A stretch of DNA of 64,000 bases from Longimicrobiales bacterium (lineage in GTDB: Bacteria > Gemmatimonadota > Gemmatimonadetes > Longimicrobiales > Gaopeijiaceae), in assembly GCA_965219445.1 (NCBI GenBank), contig CBDCNQ010000005.1, positions 1,248,001-1,312,000 on the forward strand, read 5' to 3'. Position numbers and translations under genes: made by a program. Below the pieces are notes generated by a model. The model had not been told where the DNA came from, searched no databases, and worked only from the letters and a program-made list of their open reading frames with translations. This document shows, in pieces, positions 51,686 to 62,103 of the stretch (its first letter is position 1; each line of letters opens with the position of its first letter).

Positions 51686-52387
51686 GTGCATCTCCTGCTT
51701 ACGGACCGGCTGATCTGTCCCCGGTGTGGGCCGGGATTCGGATTGATCCTTCTGGCCGACCGCCTGGAGAACAGGCGGGTGATCGAGGGATCGCTGGGAT
51801 GCCCGAACTGTCGCGACCGTTTCCCGGTCGAGGGAGGATTCGGCGATTTTCGGCCCCCGCCCCGGAGCGCTGGGGACGAAGCTCCCGACATCGAGCCCCC
51901 TGCTTCTCCATCGGCGATGGAGGTCGCCGCGCTCCTGGGCCTCAGCGACGGTCCGGGGAATGTGGCTCTCATCGGCGACATAGCGGGGCACGCGACTGCG
52001 CTCGCGCGGTTGGCTCCGGCCGTCGAGTTCATTGGGATCGCCCCCGGCCTTCGCGGATGGGAAGAAGGAGAAGGTGTGAGCCGGATGACCGCAGGAGCGT
52101 TCCTCCCGTTCAGCAGTGGAAGCTTGCGAGGGGTAGGACTTCTTGCGGACCGCGGACCGCCAATGGCCGCTGGAGCGTCCCTGGCCGGTAAACCATCCCT
52201 GGCCGGTGAACCATCCCTGACCGGCGAGCTGGCTCGCGTGGTGACCGCCAGTGGGCGGATCGCGGTGTGGGGAGCGGTGCACGAGTGGGAGAAGGCGCTG
52301 AGCTCTGAGGGGCTCGATGTGCTCGCGTCCGAGGAGTCCGCCTTGGTGGTCACCAGGACGGCCCCCAAAGGGACTCGTGGCTCCTAG
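51686..52387 (+). CDS. Trm112-like Zn-finger N-terminus with degenerate methyltransferase-like domain
   Basis: LICPRC...GSLGCPNCRDRFPVEGG, then LPFSSGS and ELARVV..SGRI. Confidence 0.65.
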   Translation: MHLLLTDRLICPRCGPGFGLILLADRLENRRVIEGSLGCPNCRDRFPVEGGFGDFRPPPRSAGDEAPDIEPPASPSAMEVAALLGLSDGPGNVALIGDIAGHATALARLAPAVEFIGIAPGLRGWEEGEGVSRMTAGAFLPFSSGSLRGVGLLADRGPPMAAGASLAGKPSLAGEPSLTGELARVVTASGRIAVWGAVHEWEKALSSEGLDVLASEESALVVTRTAPKGTRGS

Positions 52388-52544
52388 AAGCGTGACCCGC
52401 CTCCCCTCTCCGATCACCCATCAAGGGGCGTCGTTGCGCCGAATTTCGGGCCCCTCTAACTTCGACCTGGATCGATACATGTGTTTCGGGACCGAGAAAT
52501 GTTCCGTTTCGCCGCACTATTACTCGTGGCCGAGGTTCCTCTTC

Positions 52545-53012
52545 ATGGCCTGGTGGAAGAAGGTTTTCGGTACCTCCGGCCAGGCCGGACGAGTCGCATA
52601 CTACGACGAGGGCCTCGCGCTTATCGCCGAGGACAAGATCCATGAGGCCCTCACGTCTTTTCGCCTGGCTCTGAAGGCGTCCCCGGGCGACGTCGTGGTG
52701 CTCCAGCAAATCGCGATCGCCTACACGAGAATTGGGATGACCGAAGAGGCCGAAAAGACGTATCAGCACGTTCTTCAAAAGGATCCACAAGCTGCGGGCG
52801 CCCACTATGGGCTGGCCTTCCTGCTCGTCCGGAGTGGCCGCGAATCCGAGGCGATTCCACATTTACGTGCGTTCCTGGAAAACGCTCCGGCGGGGCAGGA
52901 GGCCTCGGAACATGTTTCGCATGCTCGTGAGACGCTTGCCGGTCTGACCGGGGAGGCGGGGCGGACAGGGCGGTCCGAGGGTCTCGACCTGGGGCCGGAT
53001 GAGCTCTTCTAA
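52545..53012 (+). CDS. TPR protein
   Basis: About three TPR-like helical pairs. Confidence 0.75.
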   Translation: MAWWKKVFGTSGQAGRVAYYDEGLALIAEDKIHEALTSFRLALKASPGDVVVLQQIAIAYTRIGMTEEAEKTYQHVLQKDPQAAGAHYGLAFLLVRSGRESEAIPHLRAFLENAPAGQEASEHVSHARETLAGLTGEAGRTGRSEGLDLGPDELF

Positions 53013-53412
53013 GAAAGGGTTCCTCCGCTGGACCGGAGAGGGTCGCGTGTTCTCCGGCCGGATCGGATCCGGACCCACGACTACGATCGACAGTGCTTCG
53101 AAGGCCGGACCGTCGTCTACAGATTCGCTCCTTCTCGGTCTCATGGGATGCATGAGCATCGACCTCCTGGTAGTCCTTCAGAAGGGACGGGTTACGGTGA
53201 ACTCGCTCGAGACCCGTGTAGAGGCAGAGCGAGCCCCCGAACCGCCGAAGTACTTCACGCGAGCGCGCCTCACGTTCGTGCTTGACGGACCCTCGCCCGA
53301 GGACCGCCCGAAGGTGGACCGGGCGATCAAACTTTCCAGCGAGAAGTACTGCAGTGTGCTCCACTCCCTTCGTCCAGATCTCGAGTTCGAGACCGCCGTC
53401 GAGGGCGTGTGA
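52999..53412 (+). CDS. OsmC-family protein
   Basis: GLMGCMSID and SEKYCSVLHSL two-Cys pattern. Confidence 0.9.
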   Translation: MSSSKKGFLRWTGEGRVFSGRIGSGPTTTIDSASKAGPSSTDSLLLGLMGCMSIDLLVVLQKGRVTVNSLETRVEAERAPEPPKYFTRARLTFVLDGPSPEDRPKVDRAIKLSSEKYCSVLHSLRPDLEFETAVEGV

Positions 53413-53416
53413 GGGT

Positions 53417-55264
53417 ATGAGCGACCACGCTTCCAACCCAGCCGATTTACCCACCGGAACCCTGGCTGAGCTTTTTCTGACGGCGGTCGAGAAGCATGGG
53501 AGCACCCTGGCCTACCGGTATTTTCCAGACGGGGGCAGCGACCTGGAGGACATCACCTTCGACCAGGTCTACACGGTCGTGCGCGCGGCGGCGGCAGGTC
53601 TACAGGCACTGGGACTGACTCGCGGGGAGAAAGTGGCGATTCTATCAGAGAATCGCCTGGAGTGGGCGGTTGCCGATTTTGCCTGCCTGTGTACTGGGGT
53701 TCTCGACGTGCCGATCTACAACACGCTGACGGCTCCCCAGGTCGCGTACATCCTGGAAAACTCTCAGGCGCAATTGGTCTTTGTATCCGACGCTGTACAG
53801 GCCGAGAAGATCCTGGCGGCGTGCAAGCAGGTCGGACGTGAGCTCAGGGTGGTGATGTTCGACGCGACCGTTCCGTCGCAGGAAGGCGTGCTCATGTGGC
53901 GAAACTTCCTCGAGCATGGGCGGAACGTCGCGGCGAACGGTGATCATCGCTTTCGGGCCGGGGCTCTCGAGGCCCTGCCGGAGGACGTGGCGACGATCCT
54001 CTATACATCTGGCACCACGGGCGATCCGAAGGGAGTGATGCTGACACATGACAACCTCTCGAGCAACGTGAAGTCGATAGAGCGATTATTGCCGCCCGTC
54101 TCGGAGGATTCGTCACTCGTGTTTCTCCCCCTGTCGCACGTACTGCAAAGAATGGTCTCTCTCCTCCACTTCTCCGCAGGTGTGACCCAGGTGTTCGCCC
54201 ACTCCATGCACACTGTGGCGGAGGACCTAAGAATCGTCCGTCCCAACGTTGCCGCCTCGGTCCCACGTCTGTACGAGAAGATCTACAGCACGGTCATGGG
54301 GACGCAGGGCCTCAAGAAGATGCTCGTGCAGTGGGCTCGCGAGGTGGGTGGAGCTTGGGCGGACGAGAAGTTGGCGGGGCGAGAACCTACCGCCGTCCTG
54401 AAGTTCGCGTACGCCATCGCCGACGCCTTGGTGTTCCGGAAGATCCGATCGGCGATGGGTGGCCGAATTCGATACTTCGCGAGCGGTGGGGCCCCCCTCT
54501 CTCCGGAGATCAACCGGTTCTTCTTCTCAGCGGGGATCCAGATCTTCGAGGGCTACGGACTCACCGAGACGAGCCCCCTCACGAACCTCAATACACCGGA
54601 GCACCTCAAGATTGGGACGGTCGGAAGGCCGATCCCGGGCACCGAAATCCGCATCGGAGACGGCGGAGAAATCCTGGTCCGCGGGCCCCAGGTGATGAAG
54701 GGTTACTACGAGTTGCCCGAGGCGACGGCGGAGGCCATCGATGCGGAGGGCTGGCTCTCCACCGGCGATGTAGGGGTCCTCGACGAGGATGGATTTCTCA
54801 GGATCACGGATCGCATCAAGGACATCATCGTTACGGCTGGCGGCAAGAATGTGGCGCCGCAACCGATCGAGAACCGGTTGAAGGCCGACGACTTCATCGA
54901 GCAGGCGGTCATGCTCGGTGATCGTGAGAAGTATTGCGTTCTTCTCGTAGTGCCGAACTTCCCCAACCTCGAAGCGTGGGCGCGCAAGAGCGGGATCAAC
55001 GCCCGGGGCTCGAAGGCGTTACTGGCGTCGAGGCCGGTGCAGGAGCATTTGGAGGCCAGGGTCATGGCTCGCCTCGAAGACCTTGCCCGCTACGAGCGGC
55101 CGAAGAAAATCGGCCTCATAGCCGCTCCCTTCACGGTCGAAGACGGCACACTTACGCCCACGCAAAAGGTCAAGCGAAGAGTAGTGAAGGCGCAGCATCG
55201 AAAACTCATCGACGCCTTCTACGACGAGGAGAATTTCGACCAAACGGTCTTCGTGGAGGCGTGA
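53417..55264 (+). CDS. Long-chain fatty acid-CoA ligase
   Basis: YTSGTTGDPKGVML, GYGLTETSP, TGDVG, DRIKDIIVTAGGKNVAP, TPTQKVKR. Confidence 0.93.
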   Translation: MSDHASNPADLPTGTLAELFLTAVEKHGSTLAYRYFPDGGSDLEDITFDQVYTVVRAAAAGLQALGLTRGEKVAILSENRLEWAVADFACLCTGVLDVPIYNTLTAPQVAYILENSQAQLVFVSDAVQAEKILAACKQVGRELRVVMFDATVPSQEGVLMWRNFLEHGRNVAANGDHRFRAGALEALPEDVATILYTSGTTGDPKGVMLTHDNLSSNVKSIERLLPPVSEDSSLVFLPLSHVLQRMVSLLHFSAGVTQVFAHSMHTVAEDLRIVRPNVAASVPRLYEKIYSTVMGTQGLKKMLVQWAREVGGAWADEKLAGREPTAVLKFAYAIADALVFRKIRSAMGGRIRYFASGGAPLSPEINRFFFSAGIQIFEGYGLTETSPLTNLNTPEHLKIGTVGRPIPGTEIRIGDGGEILVRGPQVMKGYYELPEATAEAIDAEGWLSTGDVGVLDEDGFLRITDRIKDIIVTAGGKNVAPQPIENRLKADDFIEQAVMLGDREKYCVLLVVPNFPNLEAWARKSGINARGSKALLASRPVQEHLEARVMARLEDLARYERPKKIGLIAAPFTVEDGTLTPTQKVKRRVVKAQHRKLIDAFYDEENFDQTVFVEA

Positions 55265-55605
55265 TGCCGGGCACGGACGTGGTCACCGTCTTCGTGACAG
55301 CACCGGGAAGGGAGTCGGCGCTCGCGCTGGCCCATAAGGTGGTCGAAGAATCACTCGCCGCGTGCGGGAACGTGATACCGAACGTCACGTCGGTCTTCCG
55401 TTGGAATAAAAAAATAATAGAGGAGGAGGAAGTTCTGCTTATCTTGAAGACTAGTGCTGCAAGAAGCGCGGCGCTGATCGCCCGGGTGGCGGAGCTTCAC
55501 ACGTACGAGGTCCCCGAGGTCTTGTCGCTCCGTGTCGAAAACGGCTACGGACCGTACCTTGATTGGGTGCGCGAATGCACGTCGATGGAGTCGCTTGATG
55601 GCTGA
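55264..55605 (+). CDS. cutA: Divalent-cation tolerance protein CutA
   Basis: LAACGN, SVFRW, LKT, HTYEVPE, YLDW. Confidence 0.92.
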   Translation: MPGTDVVTVFVTAPGRESALALAHKVVEESLAACGNVIPNVTSVFRWNKKIIEEEEVLLILKTSAARSAALIARVAELHTYEVPEVLSLRVENGYGPYLDWVRECTSMESLDG

Positions 55606-56272
55606 ACATAGTCCGGAGCAGGATCGGTTCTACGAGCCGGGTGACTTGGAAGCGGCCCAGGACGACAACCCACTTGCCCGGGCGTTCCTCAAGTTGCGGG
55701 AGGGCAGGGGCCGGGAGACCACCAGTCTTTACCAAGACATCGTAAAGCCCAGACAGACCCCCGTGATGGCGCACATCGGTCGGGGTATCCAATACGATGA
55801 GGTCGGCCACCACGAGTTGGCGATCGACGAGTTCCTCGCGGCGAAGAAGTTGGACCCCGACAACGTCGAAGTGTTGACCCATCTTGCGGCGGCATGCGGG
55901 GCGTTGGGCCGGTTTGCAGAGGCGGACCGCGAGATCGGCAAGGCCATTCGCCTCGATCCCGTGAACCTTCAAGCGCGAGTTTGTGAGGCCATCCTCACGT
56001 TCCGAAAGGGACTCTACCCCGAGGCGGAGGAACAACTCAAGGGGATTTGCGAGCGGAACCCGTCGCACGGGCCGGCGCACTTTTACCGTGGTGAGGCCTT
56101 GAACCGGCTCGGTCGCGTCGATGAGGCGCTCAAGATCATGGAACGGACCATCCAGCTTCAGCCGCGGAACTGGCGTGCATACCACACGCTCGGGATGCTG
56201 TTCGACCGAAAGGATGATCGGGAGCGGGCTTCGGAGATGTACCGGCAGGCGAGAGAACTAAACAACCTGTGA
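55598..56272 (+). CDS. TPR protein
   Basis: About five TPR-like repeats. Confidence 0.8.
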   Translation: MAEHSPEQDRFYEPGDLEAAQDDNPLARAFLKLREGRGRETTSLYQDIVKPRQTPVMAHIGRGIQYDEVGHHELAIDEFLAAKKLDPDNVEVLTHLAAACGALGRFAEADREIGKAIRLDPVNLQARVCEAILTFRKGLYPEAEEQLKGICERNPSHGPAHFYRGEALNRLGRVDEALKIMERTIQLQPRNWRAYHTLGMLFDRKDDRERASEMYRQARELNNL

Positions 56273-56796
56273 TAGAAGTACGCCGGGAGGATCTGGTGAC
56301 CGCCGACGTCGAGTGCGTTCTCAGGTCCGTCGGTTCGACGCTGGAGCCGCTGACGGCTATCGGGAAGGAAGTGGGAGCTGCAGCGGGCGAGGATATGGTC
56401 GAACGCTTCGAGCAGTTGGGTGACCTTCCGGTCGGGGGAGCGGCGATCACGCCGGCAGGAGATCTGTCCGCCTCGTTCATCATTCATGTGGCCCTACAGT
56501 CCCATGAGGAGCCGGTCAGCGCTGGCGGCGTGCGCAAGGCACTTCGGAACGGACTGAGGCACGCTTGCCGGATGGGCATCGAGACGCTGGCGCTTCCGCC
56601 GCTCGGCACGGGAGCCGGGAACCTCGATGCAGAGGCGGCGGCGGACGTAATGTGCGAGGTGCTACGCGGCCACATGCAGAATGAAGAATACCCCCGAGAG
56701 ATCACCGTAATGGTCACCACGGATTACGAGCTGCAGGCCTTCGCCTCGCGCCTGGAAGAACCGAATACGCGGGTGCAGGAGCAGGCCGTGGATTAA
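56269..56796 (+). CDS. Macro-domain protein (degenerate motifs)
   Basis: GGAAITPAGDLSASFIIHV and LALPPLGTGAG are typical of macrodomains. Confidence 0.8.
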   Translation: MIEVRREDLVTADVECVLRSVGSTLEPLTAIGKEVGAAAGEDMVERFEQLGDLPVGGAAITPAGDLSASFIIHVALQSHEEPVSAGGVRKALRNGLRHACRMGIETLALPPLGTGAGNLDAEAAADVMCEVLRGHMQNEEYPREITVMVTTDYELQAFASRLEEPNTRVQEQAVD

Positions 56797-56856
56797 GCCC
56801 GCCGAGGCTTTGTGACGTCAATGTACAGATCCTGTCATATTGAAGTAGTATAGATC

Positions 56857-58410
56857 ATGAGACGAATTCACGTTTCGGCGCTGGTTTTCGTGACCTGGTC
56901 CGCCCTGATCGGATGGCAGGTTCGGCGCGAGTACTTTCAGCCCGAACTCACTCGATTGGCCGAGGCCGCGCTTTCTCTTGCTCCAGGCGTCAACTTCTAC
57001 ACGCTGAGCATGGGCGAACGCACCGTGGGGCAGGCCACGTCCCGACTGGATACGATCCCGGAGGGCTTCGCCCTCGAGGACGTGATGATTCTGGATCTGC
57101 CGGCGTTGGGTCAGACGGGATCGGCAGTCGTGCGGACGACGGTGCTGCTCAGCCCCTCGTTGGTGATGGAGTCCTTTTCCTTTTCCCTCGATTCCGAGGT
57201 CGGACGCTTCAGGGCCGATGGCGTGTTGGGCGCCGACTCCACACTGCGGGTTTCGATCGATGCCGGTGGAGCAAAGCAGGACGTCTCCTACCGGCTCGCA
57301 GAGCCTCCGATTTTCTCAGCGGCCCTTCCCATCCGTATTGCGATGGCCGGAGAGCTGGAGGTCGGCAATACGTTACGTCTTCCCGTCTTCGACCCCTCCA
57401 CCCTCTCCACGAGGGCAGTAGAGGTGCGGATCCTCGAGCACGACACAGTCGTCGTGCCCGACAGTGCTTCGTTCGACGCTGGGTCCGGGCGCTGGTCGCC
57501 AAGTCGATACGATTCGATACCGGCTTGGAAAATCGCCGAGGTGCATGGAGGGGTTCAGGTGGAGAGCTGGGTCGATGAGGACGGGCGAATCCTCAGTGCT
57601 TCGAGCGCGCTGGGCTTCACGATGGAGAAGACCGAGTACGAGTTGGCCAGCCAAGCTCAAGAAGACGCCTCCGGACAGGCGTCGCTCGCCATCGATGAGG
57701 ACGTGATCTTCTCGACGGCCGTGCGGAGCAACGTCGATCTAGGAGCCGTCGCGGAGCACGACGTGCTGCGCTTCCGTCTGACCGGCGTGGAGCTTTCGGG
57801 CTTTCAGCTCGAGGGGGGCCGCCAGACACTCAGCGGTGACACGCTCACGGTCCGCCGCGAGGACTGGGATGGGGTGGATCCCGGCTTTTCGCTTCCATAC
57901 AAGCTGATGGATTTCCGTGAGACGCTCGAGTCGGAGCCGTTGATCCAGAGCGACGATCCGCGCATCCAAGACGCGGCCCGTGGGCTGGTCGGGCGCTGGC
58001 TGCGCGACCCGAAGAGGGCCGCGGGGATCCTCACGACGCGCGTGGATCGCATGCTCGCCAAACGTGTGACGTTCTCCGTGCCGAGCGCCTTGCAGGTTCT
58101 CGAGTCGCGGCAGGGCGACTGTAACGAACACACCGTCTTGTATGTGGCCATGGCCAGGGCGCTCGGGCTCCCGGCTCGTACCGCGGTGGGCCTGGTCTAC
58201 CTCGACGGATCCTTCTTCTATCACGCGTGGCCCGAGGTGTGGCTCGGCGAATGGGTGGCAGTCGACCCCACGTTCGGCCAGTACCCTGCCGACGCCGCGC
58301 ATATCCGATTCGTGGTCGGCGGCCTGGCTCAGCAGGTCGAGATCATCCGACTGATCGGACGGCTCAATATCGAAGTGTTGGAGTCCACACCTGCCGGGGA
58401 CAGAGCGTGA
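56857..58410 (+). CDS. Membrane-anchored transglutaminase-like domain protein
   Basis: GDCNEH, YHAWPEV and VDPT give a Cys-His-Asp triad; N-terminal anchor. Confidence 0.88.
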   Translation: MRRIHVSALVFVTWSALIGWQVRREYFQPELTRLAEAALSLAPGVNFYTLSMGERTVGQATSRLDTIPEGFALEDVMILDLPALGQTGSAVVRTTVLLSPSLVMESFSFSLDSEVGRFRADGVLGADSTLRVSIDAGGAKQDVSYRLAEPPIFSAALPIRIAMAGELEVGNTLRLPVFDPSTLSTRAVEVRILEHDTVVVPDSASFDAGSGRWSPSRYDSIPAWKIAEVHGGVQVESWVDEDGRILSASSALGFTMEKTEYELASQAQEDASGQASLAIDEDVIFSTAVRSNVDLGAVAEHDVLRFRLTGVELSGFQLEGGRQTLSGDTLTVRREDWDGVDPGFSLPYKLMDFRETLESEPLIQSDDPRIQDAARGLVGRWLRDPKRAAGILTTRVDRMLAKRVTFSVPSALQVLESRQGDCNEHTVLYVAMARALGLPARTAVGLVYLDGSFFYHAWPEVWLGEWVAVDPTFGQYPADAAHIRFVVGGLAQQVEIIRLIGRLNIEVLESTPAGDRA

Positions 58411-59267
58411 AGCCGCAGTACGGAATGACGGAGCCGGTCCAAGAGCAACTGAGGCGCCTGATGGACGGTGTCGGTCCCGGAGAGGACGCGACTCCGGAAA
58501 TGCTCCAACTGAACGGAATCGTGAAGCGGTACGGGGATTTCGAGGCGGTCAAGGGCGTCGATCTCACGGTGCGTCGGGGTGAAATCTTCGGGTTCCTCGG
58601 ACCGAACGGTGCGGGGAAGACCACGACCATTCGTATGGTGGCGGGTGTTCTGGAGCCTACCGAGGGTAGCGTCGAGATCGGCGGATTTGATCTCGCGACT
58701 CATCCTATGGAGGCGAAGTCCCGGATCGGCTACATCCCGGATCGGCCTTTCCTCTACGAGAAGCTTTCGGGTGGGGAGTTCCTTCGCTTCGTCTCGGGGC
58801 TCTGGGGCAAAGACGAACCCGTCTCGGAAGACCGGGCGGATGGGATGTTGGAGATTTTCAACCTCTTGGAGTGGAAGCACGAGCTCATCGAGAGCTACTC
58901 CCACGGCATGCGTCAGAAGCTTCTCATCACCTCCGCTCTGATCCACCAGCCGGAGCTCATCGTCGTGGATGAGCCGATGGTGGGGCTCGACCCACGCTCC
59001 GCCAGGATTCTGAAGGACCTGTTCAACGTGTTCGTCGAGCGAGGGGGCACGGTTTTTCTGTCGAGCCACACGCTCGAGGTCGTGGAGGCCGTGTGTGACC
59101 GCATCGCCATCATTCGGGAGGGGGCTATCATCGCCCAGGGAACGATGGACGACCTCCGGGGGCAGGTGGATTCCGGCGGGGCGGATCTGGAGGAGATCTT
59201 CCTGAGGGTCACGGGAAACGAGGACATGGCCGAGATCGTGGCCGGCTTGCAGGAGTCACGCTTCTGA
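58407..59267 (+). CDS. ABC transporter ATP-binding protein
   Basis: GPNGAGKTT, YSHGM, VDEP, SSH. Start uncertain. Confidence 0.92.
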   Translation: MKPQYGMTEPVQEQLRRLMDGVGPGEDATPEMLQLNGIVKRYGDFEAVKGVDLTVRRGEIFGFLGPNGAGKTTTIRMVAGVLEPTEGSVEIGGFDLATHPMEAKSRIGYIPDRPFLYEKLSGGEFLRFVSGLWGKDEPVSEDRADGMLEIFNLLEWKHELIESYSHGMRQKLLITSALIHQPELIVVDEPMVGLDPRSARILKDLFNVFVERGGTVFLSSHTLEVVEAVCDRIAIIREGAIIAQGTMDDLRGQVDSGGADLEEIFLRVTGNEDMAEIVAGLQESRF

Positions 59268-59307
59268 GTCCGGTGGGGCGGTTCGTTTCGAGCGGCATCG
59301 CGCAACT

Positions 59308-61002
59308 GTGAACGGCGTCGAAGGTCCCAACGCGGGAATTCTCTGGCTCCTGCGCCCGAAGATCCGCTCGAAGCTCAACCGGAATAAGACCGACGAGGGC
59401 CGCCGGTTCAAGTGGGGCCTTTTGGGCTTCGTGGGGCTGTTTTTCTGGAGCTTCATCTTCGGCATCATCTTCCGGATGCTTCTGTACTTCAGGGGCACCC
59501 AGGGGATCGGCGACCTGCTAGCGGCCAAGCTGCTGGGACTCGTACTCCTCACTTTTCTGATGATCCTGCTCCTGTCCAACGTGATCACGGCGCTCTCGAC
59601 CTTCTTCCTCTCCAAGGACATGGAACTCCTCGTTTCGGCTCCGGTGGATTCCGTGAGGCTCTACGGTGCCCGACTCGTGGAGACCATCGTGGATTCGTCC
59701 TGGATGGTGGCGTTGCTGGCCGTCCCGCTTCTGGCGGCGTACGGAGTGGTGTACGGCGCGGGCTGGCCTTTTTATGGATTGGCGGTGGCCACGATCATTC
59801 CGTATCTGGTGCTGCCCGCCGTGGTCGGCTCGGCCTTCACGCTGATGCTGGTGAACATATTTCCCGCTCGGCGCACGCGAGATCTTCTGGCGCTCATCGG
59901 CCTCTTCGCCGCGGCGGGCGTGGTGGCGCTGTTTCGGTTCCTGCGCCCCGAGCGCCTGGTCCGTCCCGAGGAGTTCCGCGATCTCGTGGACTTCATGGCG
60001 GTTCTGAGGACTCCCACGTCCCCCTGGCTCCCGAACGAGTGGGCGGCCCAATCTCTCATGTCCCAGCTCACGGGAGGGTTCGATCCGTTTCCGTTCGCGC
60101 TCCTCTGGAGTACCGCTGCAGCATTCTTCGTAGGAGGAGCATGGCTGCACCTTCGACTCTTCCGAACCGGCTTCACCCGTGCTCAGGAGGGGGCCGAGCT
60201 TCGAAAGGGACGGGCACGTTCGACGAAGTTGGAGAAGCTGGCCTGGGCAGGCCCGGCCACGCGTCAGTTGGTGTCCAAGGAGATTCGGGTGTTCTTCCGG
60301 GACGCGACGCAGTGGTCGCAGTTGATTCTGTTGGCGGTGCTGGTGGTCGTGTATGTGTACAACATCAAGGTGCTGCCGCTGTATACGGGGGAAGAGGTAT
60401 CCTTCTTTCTCATCAACGTCGTCTCCTTCTTGAATCTCGGGTTGGCAGGCTTCGTCGTGGCCGCGATCGCGGCTCGCTTCGTTTTTCCCGGTATGTCGCT
60501 GGAAGGAAGGATGATGTGGCTTCTGCGTTCTTCTCCGCTGGACGTGCGCACTCTGTTCCTAGCCAAATACTGGATGGGGACGATTCCCCTGCTCTTGATC
60601 GCTCTGCCACTCATCGTCGTGACCAATATCATCCTCGAGGCCTCTCCACTGATCCTGGGAATCACGACGGTGGCCATGATCTGCATGACCTTTGCGGTGA
60701 CGGCGCTGGCGCTTGGTCTGGGCGCCATCTACCCGAATTTTGAGACCGAGAACATGGCCGAGATCCCGACGTCCTTCGGTGGACTCGTCTTCATGATGTC
60801 GTCCGTGAGCTATCTCGCTGTGGTGGTCATTCTCCTGGCCTGGCCTTTGAACGGACTGCTGCAGGCTCGCTTCGCCGGACAGACCGGCGGGGCCGACGTC
60901 ACGCAGCTTATGTTGGGCGCGTCGGGCGCACTGTTGATCACGCTGGCGTGCGTGGTCGTTCCGCTCAAAGCGGGAATACGGAGAGTCCGCTCGCTTCAGT
61001 GA
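59308..61002 (+). CDS. Putative ABC-2-type permease
   Basis: Many TM segments in two halves, directly after the ATPase. Confidence 0.8.
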   Translation: MNGVEGPNAGILWLLRPKIRSKLNRNKTDEGRRFKWGLLGFVGLFFWSFIFGIIFRMLLYFRGTQGIGDLLAAKLLGLVLLTFLMILLLSNVITALSTFFLSKDMELLVSAPVDSVRLYGARLVETIVDSSWMVALLAVPLLAAYGVVYGAGWPFYGLAVATIIPYLVLPAVVGSAFTLMLVNIFPARRTRDLLALIGLFAAAGVVALFRFLRPERLVRPEEFRDLVDFMAVLRTPTSPWLPNEWAAQSLMSQLTGGFDPFPFALLWSTAAAFFVGGAWLHLRLFRTGFTRAQEGAELRKGRARSTKLEKLAWAGPATRQLVSKEIRVFFRDATQWSQLILLAVLVVVYVYNIKVLPLYTGEEVSFFLINVVSFLNLGLAGFVVAAIAARFVFPGMSLEGRMMWLLRSSPLDVRTLFLAKYWMGTIPLLLIALPLIVVTNIILEASPLILGITTVAMICMTFAVTALALGLGAIYPNFETENMAEIPTSFGGLVFMMSSVSYLAVVVILLAWPLNGLLQARFAGQTGGADVTQLMLGASGALLITLACVVVPLKAGIRRVRSLQ

Positions 61003-61101
61003 GGCGTGCCCCTCGCGCCTTGCCGCATCCGCCGCCTCGGCACCCTCGGTGGCTCGCGAACTTCTGAGACACTACACTGGGGTCCAGCCAAGGAGCGGTC
61101 C

Positions 61102-61578
61102 ATGCTTGATGCGATCAAGTCCTTTTTCGGTGCTACCATGGAGCTCGCGTCGCCGGAAGAGGAGGTGGAGGAGCCGGACGTACGCCTCGCAGCGTGCGCC
61201 TTACTGATCGAAATCGCCCATGCCGACGACGAATTCACGGAAGACGAGCGTCAGCATCTCTTGTCGGCTGTACGCCGGCAGTATGGGCTCGACGCCGCAG
61301 AGTCCGAACAACTCATCGAGCTGGCCGAGAGAGCTCGTTCGGACGCGGTCGATCTGTGGCAGTTCACGAAGCTGATCAAGCAGAACTACTCCCTTGGCCA
61401 GAAGATGGTGCTGGTCGAGGTGATGTGGGGACTCGTGTATTCGGACGGCGAGCTGTCGAGTCATGAGGAATCGCTGATGCGCAGGGTGTGCCATCTCCTA
61501 GACCTCGCGCCGGGGTACCTCTCCCACGTTCGAAAAAGGGTGGAGAGCGGGAGGGATGAGCCCGACGACCCATTGTAG
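61102..61578 (+). CDS. TerB-family protein
   Basis: LAACALLIEIAHAD, DLWQFT, SDGELSSHE. AAGGAG RBS. Confidence 0.88.
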   Translation: MLDAIKSFFGATMELASPEEEVEEPDVRLAACALLIEIAHADDEFTEDERQHLLSAVRRQYGLDAAESEQLIELAERARSDAVDLWQFTKLIKQNYSLGQKMVLVEVMWGLVYSDGELSSHEESLMRRVCHLLDLAPGYLSHVRKRVESGRDEPDDPL

Positions 61579-61665
61579 AGGCATCGGCCGCGGTGCATAT
61601 TGAGCGTGCTGTCACGAAGAAAAGCTTTCAATCCTTTCAATCAAGGACCCGTAGGGCATAGCGTG

Positions 61666-61812
61666 ATGGATCTTCTTCCGGGTGGTTATAACTTCATCCA
61701 CGTCGTTTTTTGGTTCGTCGTGGCATTGGTTACGGTAGGCACGACCGTGGTGGCCAATATTCTGGTCGCCGGCCTGGCCTTGTTGTTCTTGGAATCCGTG
61801 GGAAGGGGCTGA
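61666..61812 (+). CDS. Small membrane protein
   Basis: Short hydrophobic ORF in operon orientation. Confidence 0.4.
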   Translation: MDLLPGGYNFIHVVFWFVVALVTVGTTVVANILVAGLALLFLESVGRG

Positions 61813-61821
61813 CGGTTTTCG

Positions 61822-62070
61822 GTGATCCTCTTTCTCAAGATCCTCGGCGGTCTTGGCGCCGTCGCGCTCGGTATCTTCCTCGGAGCCGGCCGTTACACAC
61901 AAACCCCGGAGGAGATCGAGGCGCGCTTCGTTAGTGGAAAACCGCGGCGGGCCAAGCGTCACTTCATGTGGCTCGATTTTCTCAAGGCGGAGAAACGGGG
62001 TTCCGAGCGCCGGCGCTCCAGGGAGCACTTCAGGACTGCGGTAGCCCGTGACGAGGATGAACGGGACTGA
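61822..62070 (+). CDS. Small membrane-anchored hypothetical protein
   Basis: N-terminal TM helix and basic tail. Confidence 0.55.
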   Translation: MILFLKILGGLGAVALGIFLGAGRYTQTPEEIEARFVSGKPRRAKRHFMWLDFLKAEKRGSERRRSREHFRTAVARDEDERD

Positions 62071-62103
62071 GACCCTACGGCGCCGTTCAGCCCAGGATTC
62101 CGT

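Noticed and set aside
61102..61578. TerB, macrodomain and TPR genes as an anti-phage island
   Set aside because: They sit among housekeeping genes with no nuclease, NTPase or toxin partners.
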